NCBI RefSeq assembly: GCF_009914755.1
Contig: NC_060936.1
Origin: the human T2T-CHM13v2.0 reference genome, Homo sapiens
Length of the DNA stretch: 64,000 nt
Direction: 5' to 3' (one strand)
Of this stretch, positions 46,071 to 61,854 are shown piece after piece; position 1 is the stretch's first letter, and each line of letters starts with the position of its first letter. The notes below the pieces were generated by a model that was given only the letters and a program-made list of their open reading frames with translations, was not told the DNA's origin and did no database searches. Both the position numbers and the translations under genes were made by a program.

Positions 46071-46299
46071 TGGGCTTGCTCTCTCTACTCAGCCTGGATG
46101 TCCTGAGTTTCAGCCACAGTGTTAGGTGTTGCTATCAGTGTCTTTGCCAGGCAGTATTCTTTTTGTAAATATGTGACCGACTCTTTTTTGTGCTGTTGGT
46201 GGCCATTCACCTGGTTCCCTGTGTTTGCTGTGAGCATTCTCCTATTCCCCAGGCACGTGTGCATGAGTGGCTTGCCTGTGCTCAGGGGCAGGAGAGTAA

Positions 46300-46524
<225 letters not shown>

Positions 46525-47022
46525 TAGTAGAGATGGGGTTTCACCATGTTAGCCAGGATGTTCTGCATCTCCTGACCTCATGATCCACCCGCCTCAGCCT
46601 CCCGAAGTGCTGGGATTACAGGCTTGAGCCACCGCGCCCAGCCTAAGAAGGAACTCTTTTTAAAAACAATTACATATATATATCTTTAGTTTTATTGCCA
46701 TTCTTTAATTGCTGTAACACATCTCAAGAACTCTTGATATTGTCTGCCACTCTGGGGGTAAAAAGTAGTATCTCCTTGTGGCTTTAATTTGCACTTTTGT
46801 GATAACTGATGAAGTGAAGCATCTTTTCGTGTTTCTTCCTTTGTTCATTTTGGCTTATTTTGGTGTTTTCTTTCCTTATTGACTTGTTGGTGATGGTCTT
46901 TATATATTCTGGACATGAATTCTTGGTCAGTTCTGTGTTGCAGTGACATTTTCCCAGTTGGTGGTGTGTCTTTTCACTCTTTGCAGTACCTTTCGATGAA
47001 AGGCGTTCTTAATTTCAGCATA

Positions 47023-47962
47023 CAGCAAGTCCTCATTTAATGTTGTCAATAAGTTCCTGGAAACTGCAACTTTAAGTGAAATGACGTTACATTAATGTTG
47101 TTTTATTATAGCCATGAGGAAAAAAAAATTGGTTTTGTTATACAGTTGACCCTTGAACAATGTGGGGATTAGGAGTGCCAACCCGCCCCCACCACCTGCA
47201 CTGTTGAAAATTTGCATATAGCTTTTGACTCCTTCAAAACTTACTAATAGCCTACTGTTGACTGGAAGCCTTATCAATAACATGAAACAGTCGATGAACA
47301 CATATTTTATGTGGTTTTTTTCTTTTTCTTTTTTTTTTTTTGAGACAGAGTCTCACTCTGACACCTAGGCTGGAGTGAGTGGCGGATCACAGCTCATTGC
47401 AGCCTTGACTTCTTGGGCTCAGACGATCCTTCCACCTCAGGCTCCCAAGTAGCTGGGACTATAGTGCGCGCTACCACGCCCAGCTGATTTTTGTGTTTTT
47501 TGTAGATACGGGATTTCAGGCTAGTCTCAAACTCCTGGGCTCAAGCGAGCCTCCCATCTTGGCTTCACAAAGTGCTGGGTTTACAGGTGTGAGCCATCGT
47601 GCCTGGCCTATTTTGTATGTTATGTGTATTTAATATTACGTACTGTATTCTTACAACAAAGTAAGCTGGAGAAAAGAAAATGTTGTTAAAAAATAAGGAA
47701 GAGAAAATACATTTACTATTTATTAAGTGGAAGCGAATAATTATAAAGGTCTTCATCCTCGTCATCTTCACGTTGAGTAGGATGAGGAGGGAGTGGGGGA
47801 GGGGGAGGGGAAGGGGTTGGTCCTGCTGTGGATAAAATCTGCATGGAAGAGGACCCTCACAGTTCCAACCCAAGTTGTCCACCGATCAGCTATACGTCAT
47901 TTTGCTCAAAGTTACAATTTCTAAGAACCAACCTATTGATGATGTTTAGTGAGGACTTACTG
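47023..47962. mobile_element. MER6-family Tigger MITE with long terminal inverted repeats (interrupted)
   Basis: TA|cagcaagtcctcatttaa... and ...tttagtgaggacttactg|TA are mutual reverse complements. Confidence 0.75.
47143..47892. mobile_element. Tigger2a-like element nested in the MER6, itself interrupted by an antisense Alu (about 47313-47609)
   Basis: TA|cagttgacccttgaacaa terminus; degenerate opposite TIR followed by TA. Confidence 0.8.
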
Positions 47963-48689
47963 TAGTTGAATTTGTCAATCTTGTTCACAAAGATATATCA
48001 TCTAAAATTTTTCTGCTTTTACTCTTAGGTTGTGAAATGAGTGCAGTTTCCTTTTTTTCCCCAAAATGCATATTTGGAAAGCCATATTGAAAAGCCTATC
48101 TTTTCCCCACTGATCTTAAGTGCCAGCTCAGACGTAAAACAGGTTTCCTTCTATGCATGGCTCTTTCTGGGATCTTTATTCTTTTATTGGCAAATTTGTA
48201 CCAGTCTGTACTGATACCACACTGTCTTTCTTACTATAGCTTTATAATAGTTCTTGATGTCTGGTTAGGTAAGTTCTTCTGCCTTGCTCTGTGTTAGGAG
48301 GATCTTGTCTATTTGGGGACTATTTCAGAAACATGCTAGAATCAGCTCATCAAGTTTCACAGAAAAACCTATTGGGAGTTTTGATTAGAATTTAATTGCA
48401 TTAATGGATGTTTTGTGAGAATTGCTGTCTTTATGAAGTTCAGCCTTTCCAGTCTATGATCAAAATATAGTTCTCCCCTTCACTTAGGTCTTCCTAAATA
48501 GCTTTCCATAAAATTTCATGATTGTGTCTCTTTTGTTAGATTTAATTCTAGGTACTATATATTTTTAAAAGTTGTGCTAAATGGTATATTTTCTAAAATT
48601 ATATTTTAAATATATTGCTGGTATGTGTCAGTACAGTTGATTTTATTTCTCTTATACTCAGCAACTTTTCTGAACTCTGTTTGTTAATT

Positions 48690-49779
48690 CTTTGTATACA
48701 GTCTTGTATACAAAGACTTTGTATACAGTCTTGTATACAAAGACTTTGTATACAGTCTTGTATACAAAGACTTTGTATACAGTCTTGTATACAAAGACTT
48801 TGTATACAGTCTTGTATACAAAGACTTTGTATACAGTCTTGTATACAAAGACTTTGTATACAGTCTTGTATACAAAGACTTTGTATACAGTCTTGTATAC
48901 AAAGACTTTGTATACAGTCTTGTATACAAAGACTTTGTATACAGTCTTGTATACAAAGACTTTGTATACAGTCTTGTATACAAAGACTTTGTATACAGTC
49001 TTGTATACAAAGACTTTGTATACAGTCTTGTATACAAAGACTTTGTATACAGTCTTGTATACAAAGACTTTGTATACAGTCTTGTATACAAAGACTTTGT
49101 ATACAGTCTTGTATACAAAGACTTTGTATACAGTCTTGTATACAAAGACTTTGTATACAGTCTTGTATACAAAGACTTTGTATACAGTCTTGTATACAAA
49201 GACTTTGTATACAGTCTTGTATACAAAGACTTTGTATACAGTCTTGTATACAAAGACTTTGTATACAGTCTTGTATACAAAGACTTTGTATACAGTCTTG
49301 TATACAAAGACTTTGTATACAGTCTTGTATACAAAGACTTTGTATACAGTCTTGTATACAAAGACTTTGTATACAGTCTTGTATACAAAGACTTTGTATA
49401 CAGTCTTGTATACAAAGACTTTGTATACAGTCTTGTATACAAAGACTTTGTATACAGTCTTGTATACAAAGACTTTGTATACAGTCTTGTATACAAAGAC
49501 TTTGTATACAGTCTTGTATACAAAGACTTTGTATACAGTCTTGTATACAAAGACTTTGTATACAGTCTTGTATACAAAGACTTTGTATACAGTCTTGTAT
49601 ACAAAGACTTTGTATACAGTCTTGTATACAAAGACTTTGTATACAGTCTTGTATACAAAGACTTTGTATACAGTCTTGTATACAAAGACTTTGTATACAG
49701 TCTTGTATACAAAGACTTTGTATACAGTCTTGTATACAAAGTCTTTGTATACAGTCTTGTATACAAAGTCTTTGTATAC
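48690..49779. repeat. Quasi-palindromic minisatellite, 40 copies plus 10 bp of CTTTGTATACAGTCTTGTATACAAAGA (27 bp)
   Basis: 48690 + 40x27 = 49770, then a partial unit; the first 38 units appear identical by eye and the last two end in T instead of A. Confidence 0.98.
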
Positions 49780-50231
49780 TTCTCTGAAGAGTTTTTCCTT
49801 TATAATCCTTGTTCCTTTTATACTACTTTTTCTTGCCGTTTTGTGCTAGGTAGGACTTTCAGTAAAGTGTTGAGTTCGTGCTAGTGGTGGACAACATTGG
49901 CTTGTTCTTGCTTTGAAAGAGAGCACTTTCAGTAGAAAGGCAGATTATTAGAGTTTTGAGTCATAACTGCATGGTTCAAACCTAATGTTTGTTGCCTACT
50001 GACCCCACGGCCTCGGTCAGGTTGTCTGAGCTCTCCGTGGTGTTTTTCTCAGTTGTAAATGGGATAACCAGTGTTCTTCTGAGGATTTGCAGTGCGTGGA
50101 AGCCTTGGCCTGACGTGTCCTACGGTGTGCTCTTCACTGCTGCTCTCAGGATGACTATGATGATACCTTTAATGTTTCATAAATGGACATAGTGTATAGG
50201 GTTCTTGTAGATATTTTTATAAGATTAGTGA

Positions 50232-50511
<280 letters not shown>

Positions 50512-51884
50512 TGATCTGCCCACCTGAGCCTCCCAAAGTGCTGGGGTTACAGGCTGAGCCACCGTGCCTGGCCCTCATACATTAAATTGAGGAATATGAC
50601 TTTTTCTTTTCTTCATAGTCAATTATGATAGTCAAATTTTCTAGGAATTTCTTTATTTCATCTACATTTTAAAATTTATTGGCATACATTGTCAATAATT
50701 TCTCCTTACAGTGTTTCCGATCTTGGCTGTGTTTGTATGTATGTCCCTTCTTTCTCCTAATACTGTGTATTTATGCCTGTTTTCTTGATAGTCTTGTCAA
50801 AAGTTTGTCAGATTCTTTTTTTTTTTTTTTAATCTGGCGCCTGTATATTGTTTTCTGTTTTGTTTCTGCTCGTAGTATTTCTTTTTTAAAAACATCTTTT
50901 TCTGAGTTTTTAACTTGGATGACTAGCTTCCTAATTTTCATCAGCTCATTAATATAAACATTTAAGGGTCTGAATTTTTCCGTAATACTGCTTTAGCTGA
51001 ATATCATATTTATTATTCAGTTTTAAATATTTTCTGATTTCCCCTGTATATATATTTTATTGACCCATGAGTTATTTAGAAGGATGTTTCTTAGTTTCCA
51101 AACAATACAGGGTTTTCAATATATATTTTTATTATTATTCTACATTAATTGCATTTTGATCAGACAGAAGATGTATGGGATTCTCACTGACCTGGATTTT
51201 GTTGAGGTAGGTTTTGAATGGACCAGTTTATAAACATTCCATACATGCTTTAAAACAACATGCATTCATCAGGTTATGGTACAATTCTCTCTCTCAGTCC
51301 ACCAGGTAGAACTTGTTGATTGCATTATCCAGTTCTTATCCTTACTGATTTTTGTCTTCTTGCTCTATCAATTACTGAGAGAAGTATGTTAAAATGTTCC
51401 ATTATGATAATGAGTACCTATTTCTCCTTAAGTTTCTGTCAGTTTTCATTTTATGTATTTTGAGACTATGTTAGTATGTGCATATATAGGTTTAGAATTG
51501 TTATCCTATTACGTCATCAGTTTTACTTGATTCTAGATAATTTTATCACATCTGTGTTCTATTTTATGAATTCTCTTTTAAGCTCTTCCTAGTCTTTTGT
51601 TAACCCATTGATTAAGTGTTAAATTCCAGTTACCAGTTTGTTTTAAGACATTCCCAATGGTTTTTTAGAAAACCTACATGAAATTTTAAAATTATCTCTT
51701 GCTCTGTATTCAGACTTTCAGTCATCTCTTTTATTTCTTCAAATATGAAATTTTATAATCTCTGCCTAATAATTGCATGGGTGATGTTTTTGCAGGTCTG
51801 ATTCTGCTGTCGTTTATGAATCCTGGTTTCTGCTGATGGTACATTGTTTCCTAGCGTACTTTGTGATTTTTGACAATTTATTGG

Positions 51885-52859
51885 TGTAGGGACCAGCCCC
51901 ACAGGGTCGGTGGGTTTCTTCCCACCGTGTGTGGAGACGAGAGATTGTGGAAATAAAGACACGAGACAAAGAGATAAAAGAAAAGACAGCTGGGCCCAGG
52001 GGACCACTCCCACCAAGACGCGGAGACTGGTAGTGGCCCCGAATGTCTGGCTGCGCTATTATTTATTGGATACAAAGCAAAAGGGGCAGGGTAAATAGTG
52101 TGAGTCATCTCCAATGATAGGTAGGGTCACGTGGGTTACGTGTCCACTGGACAGGGGGCCCTCCCCTGCCTGGCAGCCGAGGCAGAGAGAGAGAGACAGC
52201 TTACGCCATTATTTCTGCATATCAGAGACTTTTAGTACTTTCACTAATTTTGCTACTGTTATCTAAAAGGCAGAGCCACGTGTACAGGATGGAACATGAA
52301 AGCAGACTAGGAGTGTGACCACTGAAGCACAGCATCACAGGGAGACGGTTAGGCCTCCGGATAACTGTGCGTGGGCCTGACTGATGTCAGGGCCTCCACA
52401 AGAGGTGGAGGAGTAGAGTCTTCTCTAAACTCCCCACAAGGAAAGGGAGACTCCCTTTCCCGGTCCGCTAAGTAGCAGGTGTTTTTCCTTGACACTGAGG
52501 CTACAACAGGCGTCTTCCCAGATCCTGGCGTTACCGCTAGACCCAGGAGCCCTCTGGTGGCCCTGTCCGGGCATAACAGAAGGCTCGCACTCTTGTCTTC
52601 TGGTCACTCCTCACTATGTCTCCTCAGCTCCTATCTCTGTATGGGCTGGCTTTTCCTAGGTTATGATTATAGAGCGAGGATTATTATAATATTGGAATAA
52701 AGAGTAATTGCTACAAACTAGTGATTAATGATATTCGTATATAATCATGTCTATGATCTAGATCTAGTATAACTCTTGTTGTTTTATATATTTTATTACA
52801 CTGGAACAGCTCGTGCCCTCGGTCTCTTGCCTCGGCACCTGGATGGCTTGCCGCCCACA
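51885..52859 (-). mobile_element. Solo ERVK LTR, LTR13 family (975 bp)
   Basis: TG...CA termini; perfect 6-bp TSD TATTGG (51879-51884, 52860-52865); the minus strand begins TGTGGGCGGCAAGCCA...GAGGCAAGAGACCGAGGGCACGAGCTGTTCCAG, as in the recalled LTR13 consensus. Confidence 0.9.
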
Positions 52860-53289
52860 TATTGGAACTTCATTGTGGAAGTTACTTTAGGCCTGACAGT
52901 GAAGGAGTTTCCTCTAGAGAGAGTTTCTGTTAACTTCTGATCTGTGTTCTTTTGTAAAGCATGTCTCTTGTAAACAGCATATAGTTGGTCTTCTCTGCCC
53001 TACAGTTTATTCTAATGTCCCTATGTCTCTAAATTGGAGTGTTTAGTACATTTGTATTAAATTTAAGCCTGTTCTATTAATAATTGGGCCTAGATCTATC
53101 CTAATTTTAAAATTTATCTTGTATTTTCTCACCTGTTCTTTAGTCAATCTCTTTATGGTTAAAGCATCAGGCAAGTATTTACAAATTATTTCATTTCCTC
53201 TTCTCTGTTAGCTTTCTGTATTCTTGTTGTAGGGGCTATCTGATTATGGTGCGCATTCTTGACTTACTAGATATCCTATTAAATTAGCG

Positions 53290-53665
53290 CTGTATACTCT
53301 GTGGGGCAGAGTTTGGGAGCAGCCTTGCTGGGTGGTTGTGGCACAGGTCTCCTGTGAAGATGGTTTTCAGAAGGCTTGATGTAGCAGGCTGGAGGATGCC
53401 ATTCCAGGCTGGTTCATTCTGCCAGCTGATGGGCTCTGGTTGCATGCTGAGGGCAGGCTGAGTGTCCTCCTGACCTGGGGCTGGTGTCCGAGAGCAAATA
53501 TCCATGAGGGAGCAGGATAGACACTGTAGTATCTTTTGTAGCTGAGTCTTGGAAGTCACCTACGGTCATTCTCACATATGGTGGTCACACCGGTCAGGCC
53601 AGGTCAGTGTGGGAGAGACCAGGAGTGAACACCAGGAGGTGGGTTCCTGGGGATCCCATTGTCTT
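53290..53665. mobile_element. Old MaLR LTR remnant (MLT1-type)
   Basis: Motifs ggctggaggat.c.attcca and cttggaagtcac; diverged. Confidence 0.6.
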
Positions 53666-53799
53666 TATGGTGTCGAGCTGAATCCATGAGCAGAGCCTCT
53701 CATTGGGTCAAGGCTTCTTCATGGTCTTCAGGAACCTCTTAGAGCTTTCTTCACAGAGATGTGGAATTTTTGAAAGTTTAATTCTAAGTATATTTAGCT

Positions 53800-54318
53800 C
53801 TTCATGTCCATGGGTTTCAAATCCATGAATTTGATCAACTACAGATAGAAAATATTTACCAAAAACAAAACAAAGCAAAACAGTAAAAAATAAGAACACA
53901 GCTGGGTGTGGTGGCTCACACCTGTAATCCTGGCTGCTTGGGAGACTGAGGCAGGATGGTCACTTGAGCCCAGGAGTTCAAGTTCAGCCTGGGCAACATA
54001 GCAAGACCCCATCTCTAAAAGAAATATTAAAAAAAAAAAAAACAGCCAACCAAAAAAACCCCCCAAACCAAATAAGCCAAAATAACAGTACAACAATTAC
54101 AAAAAAGATACCAAAAAAATGTGTAACAACTATTTACATAGCATTCACATTGTATTAGGTATTATAAGTAACCTAGAGATTATTTAAAATATATGAGAGG
54201 ATGTGTATAGGTTACGTGCAAATATACATTACTTTATATAAGGGACTTGAGCATCCTTGGATTTTGGTATCGAAAGGGGCCTTGGAACCACCTTCTCAGG
54301 GATACTGAGGGACGACTG
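53800..54318. mobile_element. MER2 (Tigger) element interrupted by an Alu monomer (about 53900-54040)
   Basis: ctatttacatagcatt.acattgtattaggtattataagtaa.ctagagat and terminus gatactgagggacgactg|TA. Confidence 0.8.
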
Positions 54319-55912
54319 TATTTAATTTTCTGTCTAAACAGGTTTTTTTTTCTTCGATTTCATTTTCTAACTCATTTCCATATGTGGAGGCTGATTTCTG
54401 TGTATTGTTTGTTCTGAGACACCTTACAGAATTATCTTCTTACTGGAAGTTTCCAGTGGTTTGGCTTGTTTTTCCTACTTACATATAGCATCATATGCTG
54501 TAGTGGTGCATCCCAGCATTTCGCTCTGGAAGCATCAGACAGACAGGAAAGGTGAAGAACCTTGTTAGGAACATCATGGACACACCACCTGAATTCCACA
54601 GCCAACACTTACTTTCACTGGGCTCCATTAGGTCTATGTCCATCAAGCCAGTGTGGCAAATATTTAACATCCTGAGCAAATGAATTCAAAAAGTGTTTTG
54701 CTAGTCCCAAGTGGACAGTGCCTTTAACATGGTCCTTGTAGGGTGCTTGTCCATGGCATTTGTTGTTTTGGCTCAACAGTCTTTGACATAAAATACAGAT
54801 GCAAACAAGCTCACATATCACAAGTACACAGCCCAACTAAAGGGTTTTCCCCTGTTAGATCTACCACTGTGTGAACATTCTTTGAACAGAAATCTGGGTT
54901 CACATTTCTGTCATTCCTCTGGATAGACTCACTAAAAGGGGAAATGATGAGGTTGAGGGCATTGGATTCCAAAGCCCTTCAGCTTTCCGTGTTGATTTCC
55001 AGAAAAATCCAGCCAGTTTATGCCATTATCAGCAGCATGTGGGAGTATCTAATTCATAATAATTTCCCAGTGTTATGATTTTAAGGTGGTTGATAATTTG
55101 GTACTTAACAAATTGTGCACTGATTTCCAGGGATGATTAATGAAAAAACATTTTATTGCCCTTTACACTTTTATGTATGTAACAGCTTCATATCCTTTGC
55201 CCACTGTTATTGGGGATTTAATTAATGTGTGGTATTTTTTTTTAAGCAATTAGGGTGAGTGTTTTATAAAAAAAGCTTAATTATGTTTTATTATACTTTT
55301 TAACATTTTTGCTTTTTGTTTCTTCATTTGATATTTTGTATTTTTATATATCATCTTCATCAGTTATTTCCTATCAATGGTGTTCACTTTTTACATTTTT
55401 ATTTATTAGTCTATACTGTTACTGTTCATTTAGATTATTTCAGATATTTTAAATCTTTTGTGAATACAATTGAGTTTCTTTCAAAGATTCTCATCTTTAT
55501 AGAGAAAATATTTTATACTTTTAAAAATTTGCATAAATTTCAGGGGTGCAAGTACAGTGCTGTTTCCTGGCTGTACTGTGTAGTGGTGAAGTCTGGGTCT
55601 CTGGTATGTCATGACCCAAATGTGTGTTGCACCTACTAAGTAATTTCTCATCATTCCCCTTGCATCCCCCAACAAAATATTTTACACCTTTTATCAGTAA
55701 TGGGCAACCATTTTAGTTTTTAGAAAAAACAAGTGTGCTTTTAGACAATATAATCTTTTTCCAAGGAGTGATCTAAAGCTGGAAAAAGGAATACATGTGA
55801 GAGGGAGCCCCTTGCCCTTCTTACCGTGGTTCTCCTGGCTGCTGCTCCTTCCCAATTTAAATTACAGTTGTTGTTATAAAGTAACAGCCCTTCTGCCCGC
55901 AACCCTCTGCAG

Positions 55913-56020
55913 CTGAGCTGCCCCTCCTGGACCTGATGAAGCTGTACGAAGGCGCCTTCCTGCCGAGTTCTCAGTGGCCCCGGCCGAAGCCTGATGGGGA
56001 GGACACAAGCGGAGAGGAAG
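55913..56020 (+). CDS. EP400: EP400 exon 13 (AELPLLDLMK...TSGEE)
   Basis: ctgcag|CT ... AAG|GTGCGC; 108 nt. Confidence 0.93.
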
Positions 56021-56947
56021 GTGCGCTCCCAGCCTTTGGAAGAATTCAGGGTTAAAAGCAGAAGCCGGAGTACTTACAAAGACTTAAAATAAGATTTAGA
56101 AAATTTCTTTTAGTTTGATAAAATAAAAAATTAGAAATATTTAATAAGTATCTTTATATTGAATAGAATTTTATTAAATTCCGTGCTTTTAATTTATTAA
56201 CCTGGCACAGTTATCGGGGCACTTGATCATGTTGTGAAGGATGTAAAAATATTTTTCTCTAGATTTATAAACATCATTGTTTTATGGACCTAGATATATT
56301 TATTCAGGCTGTGCTGTGTTTGTTCAACACACCAGTTTTGAGTAGTTTATTTTACTTGGTATTAGACTTTCTAAACAGATGCACAGAGCATACCAGAAAA
56401 GGTCTGCCTTTCCTGCTCTCATTCCAGTTGTTGGGACAGTTAGACACCTGCATGCGAGTTGGGGAGTGGCCCACAGGAGCCTTGGGGAGGTCAGGCCTTA
56501 CCAGACCCCACGCTGCCAGCAGGACCAGAGGAAGGAGTGGCGGGTTTGGTCTCCTCCCGGTTTCCCACATTTGGGAAAGGGTTCTGCTTTTTTCTTTCTT
56601 GGTGATAGACGGGAGATCCCTAAACCCTGAGACACCTACATGTATCTCTCTGTGATACCAGCTCCTAATTGCTATGGAGACATTTTCCAAAATGCCAGAC
56701 TATTTGGGGCAAATTATACTCTTGGAGGGCTTTCCAGAATGGTCCTTGGTTTGATAGTTTCATGAGAGTTCTCTCCCATTTATCCAGGTAGCATTGTTAG
56801 ATATTTTGGATTACAAATAAAAAATTATTGCCTAATTCAGTATTTAAAGTAGTTGGATTCTATAAACTTTTTCCTGTTTTAAAAAAAGGTTTAGATTTAT
56901 AAAGCCTTCTCAGTGGCCCTCACTTCTCTGTTTTATTGTCGTTACAG

Positions 56948-57138
56948 ATGCAGATGACTGTCCAGGCGACAGGGAGAGTCGCAAGGACTTGGTTCTCATC
57001 GACTCGCTTTTCATCATGGATCAGTTCAAAGCTGCCGAGAGGATGAATATCGGGAAGCCAAACGCCAAGGACATTGCGGACGTCACTGCGGTGGCTGAAG
57101 CCATCCTGCCGAAGGGCAGTGCTCGGGTCACAACCTCG
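56948..57138 (+). CDS. EP400: EP400 exon 14 (DADDCPG...RVTTS)
   Basis: ttacag|AT ... TCG|GTGAGG; 191 nt. Confidence 0.94.
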
Positions 57139-57274
57139 GTGAGGCGCTAAGCTTTCAAGTGTGGGATGGGCCTTTGAGAGACAGAGCACATAGCTTAGCC
57201 ATGAGAAAAGCTTTTCCTCTTCCCAGTGAAATGGTCTATCCCAACTGCAGAGTTGTCAGAAAAAGCAATTCTTC

Positions 57275-57385
57275 ATGTGCCTGTAGTCCCAGCTACTCAG
57301 GAGGGTGAGGCAAGAGGATTGCTTAAGGCCAGATGTTCAGGCGTTCAAGACCAGCTTGGGTGACCTAGCGAGACTCGATCTCCAA
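57275..57385 (+). mobile_element. Alu monomer fragment with TSD aagcaattcttc
   Basis: Alu/FLAM-like sequence between direct repeats. Confidence 0.75.
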
Positions 57386-57535
57386 AAGAAGCAATTCTTC
57401 CTCTTCCTGTTTTCTGTAGATCATTTTTGTGGCTTTCTAATTGGTTTATCATGTGACTGTTGATTTCAGTTTTGAGAAAAAGTTTGGGTGATTATTTTGA
57501 CGAGCTGTCATTCTTTTATTTGTTCATCACTGCAG

Positions 57536-57713
57536 GTCAAGTTTAATGCTCCATCTTTGTTGTATGGGGCTCTCAGAGATTATCAGAAGATTGGCCTGGA
57601 CTGGCTGGCCAAACTTTACAGGAAGAATCTCAATGGCATATTGGCAGATGAAGCTGGGCTGGGTAAAACAGTGCAGATCATTGCTTTTTTTGCCCACCTA
57701 GCTTGTAACGAAG
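57536..57713 (+). CDS. EP400: EP400 exon 15 (ATPase Q motif LRDYQ and Walker A DEAGLGKT)
   Basis: tgcag|GTC ... AAG|GTAAGA; 178 nt; SNF2-family motif I. Confidence 0.96.
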
Positions 57714-58742
57714 GTAAGAGTTTGCTAGTTTTTTTAACAATACCTATTTGCTAGGACTTACCTATAGGCCAGTGTGTTTGATGGGAGTGTGGGGACTTGG
57801 CTATCTTATCTACTTCTTTGCTCCTATCTGTTGACCTGAGCAAATTGAGGCTCAGAAGTATTCATTTTATGAATGAATAAAAAACTGGTTCACAGTTAAC
57901 ATCCAGTAACAATTAGTGAAAATCTAATAAAATACAGAGACTCGTCAGGCTATGACTGAACCTTGTGACTCCAGGGTCAGGTCACTGTGCAGTGTGTGGG
58001 CAGCAGAGCAGGTGGTCCACTTCCCATGCTGCTTCTAGACTGGCATGAACCCGCCGTTGGGCTCTCAGCCGTGTGGGGTGGTTTGTGGCATGCATCTTGG
58101 CTCACTGTATCCTTTTCATGTTATCATGTCCATGCCTCCTCTCGTCCCTCTTGCTGGATTTCACCTGTCAATGGGGCAGCGTTTCTGATCCACTGCTCAG
58201 GTTCCTTAGGGAATGGGCCTGGGTACACTGTGTGGGCTCAGTCTCTGCATGGCAGCCCCAACTGGCTCTTCACCCTCCTGACACTTCTAGCTGGTACACA
58301 GCTTGTGTAGGCCCTCTGGCCTCCTTTCCAGTCTTTAGAGTCAGCTCCTTGTTCACTCCCCTTCCTCTCTTGGCTTTTGGGTCAAGTGCCCACCCTAGTC
58401 TCCTGCTCTGTGCCTAGCTGCAGAGGAAGGTGTGACTTGTGTCTCTAACACAGGACAAGGTTTCACTGTTCTTGCTCTTGTAAGAGAAGTGTTCAGTAAA
58501 CATCTTGGAATGTGGTTCCCACTATATGTTCCAGACTTAAAGTAGGCTTTGCTATTGCTGCAGAGAAGAGGGGATTTGGCCTTGTCTTTACATTTGAGCT
58601 TTGAACGTAAAGCTGGACACGTTTAAATTAGGAGGGTCAGCTTAGGGAAGCGATGACCCCATGGGTGCTCTGACTGAAGGCTGTGTGGAAAGAAATGGAA
58701 CACAGTGGGCTTGTGGTGGGGGTCTCAGTCCAAGTAGCTTAA

Positions 58743-61854
<3,112 letters not shown>

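Noticed and set aside
48615-49849. Three long ORFs (390, 385 and 360 aa) of 9-residue repeats
   Set aside because: A by-product of a 27-bp unit (multiple of 3) lacking stops in those frames; intronic, with no credible start or splice context.
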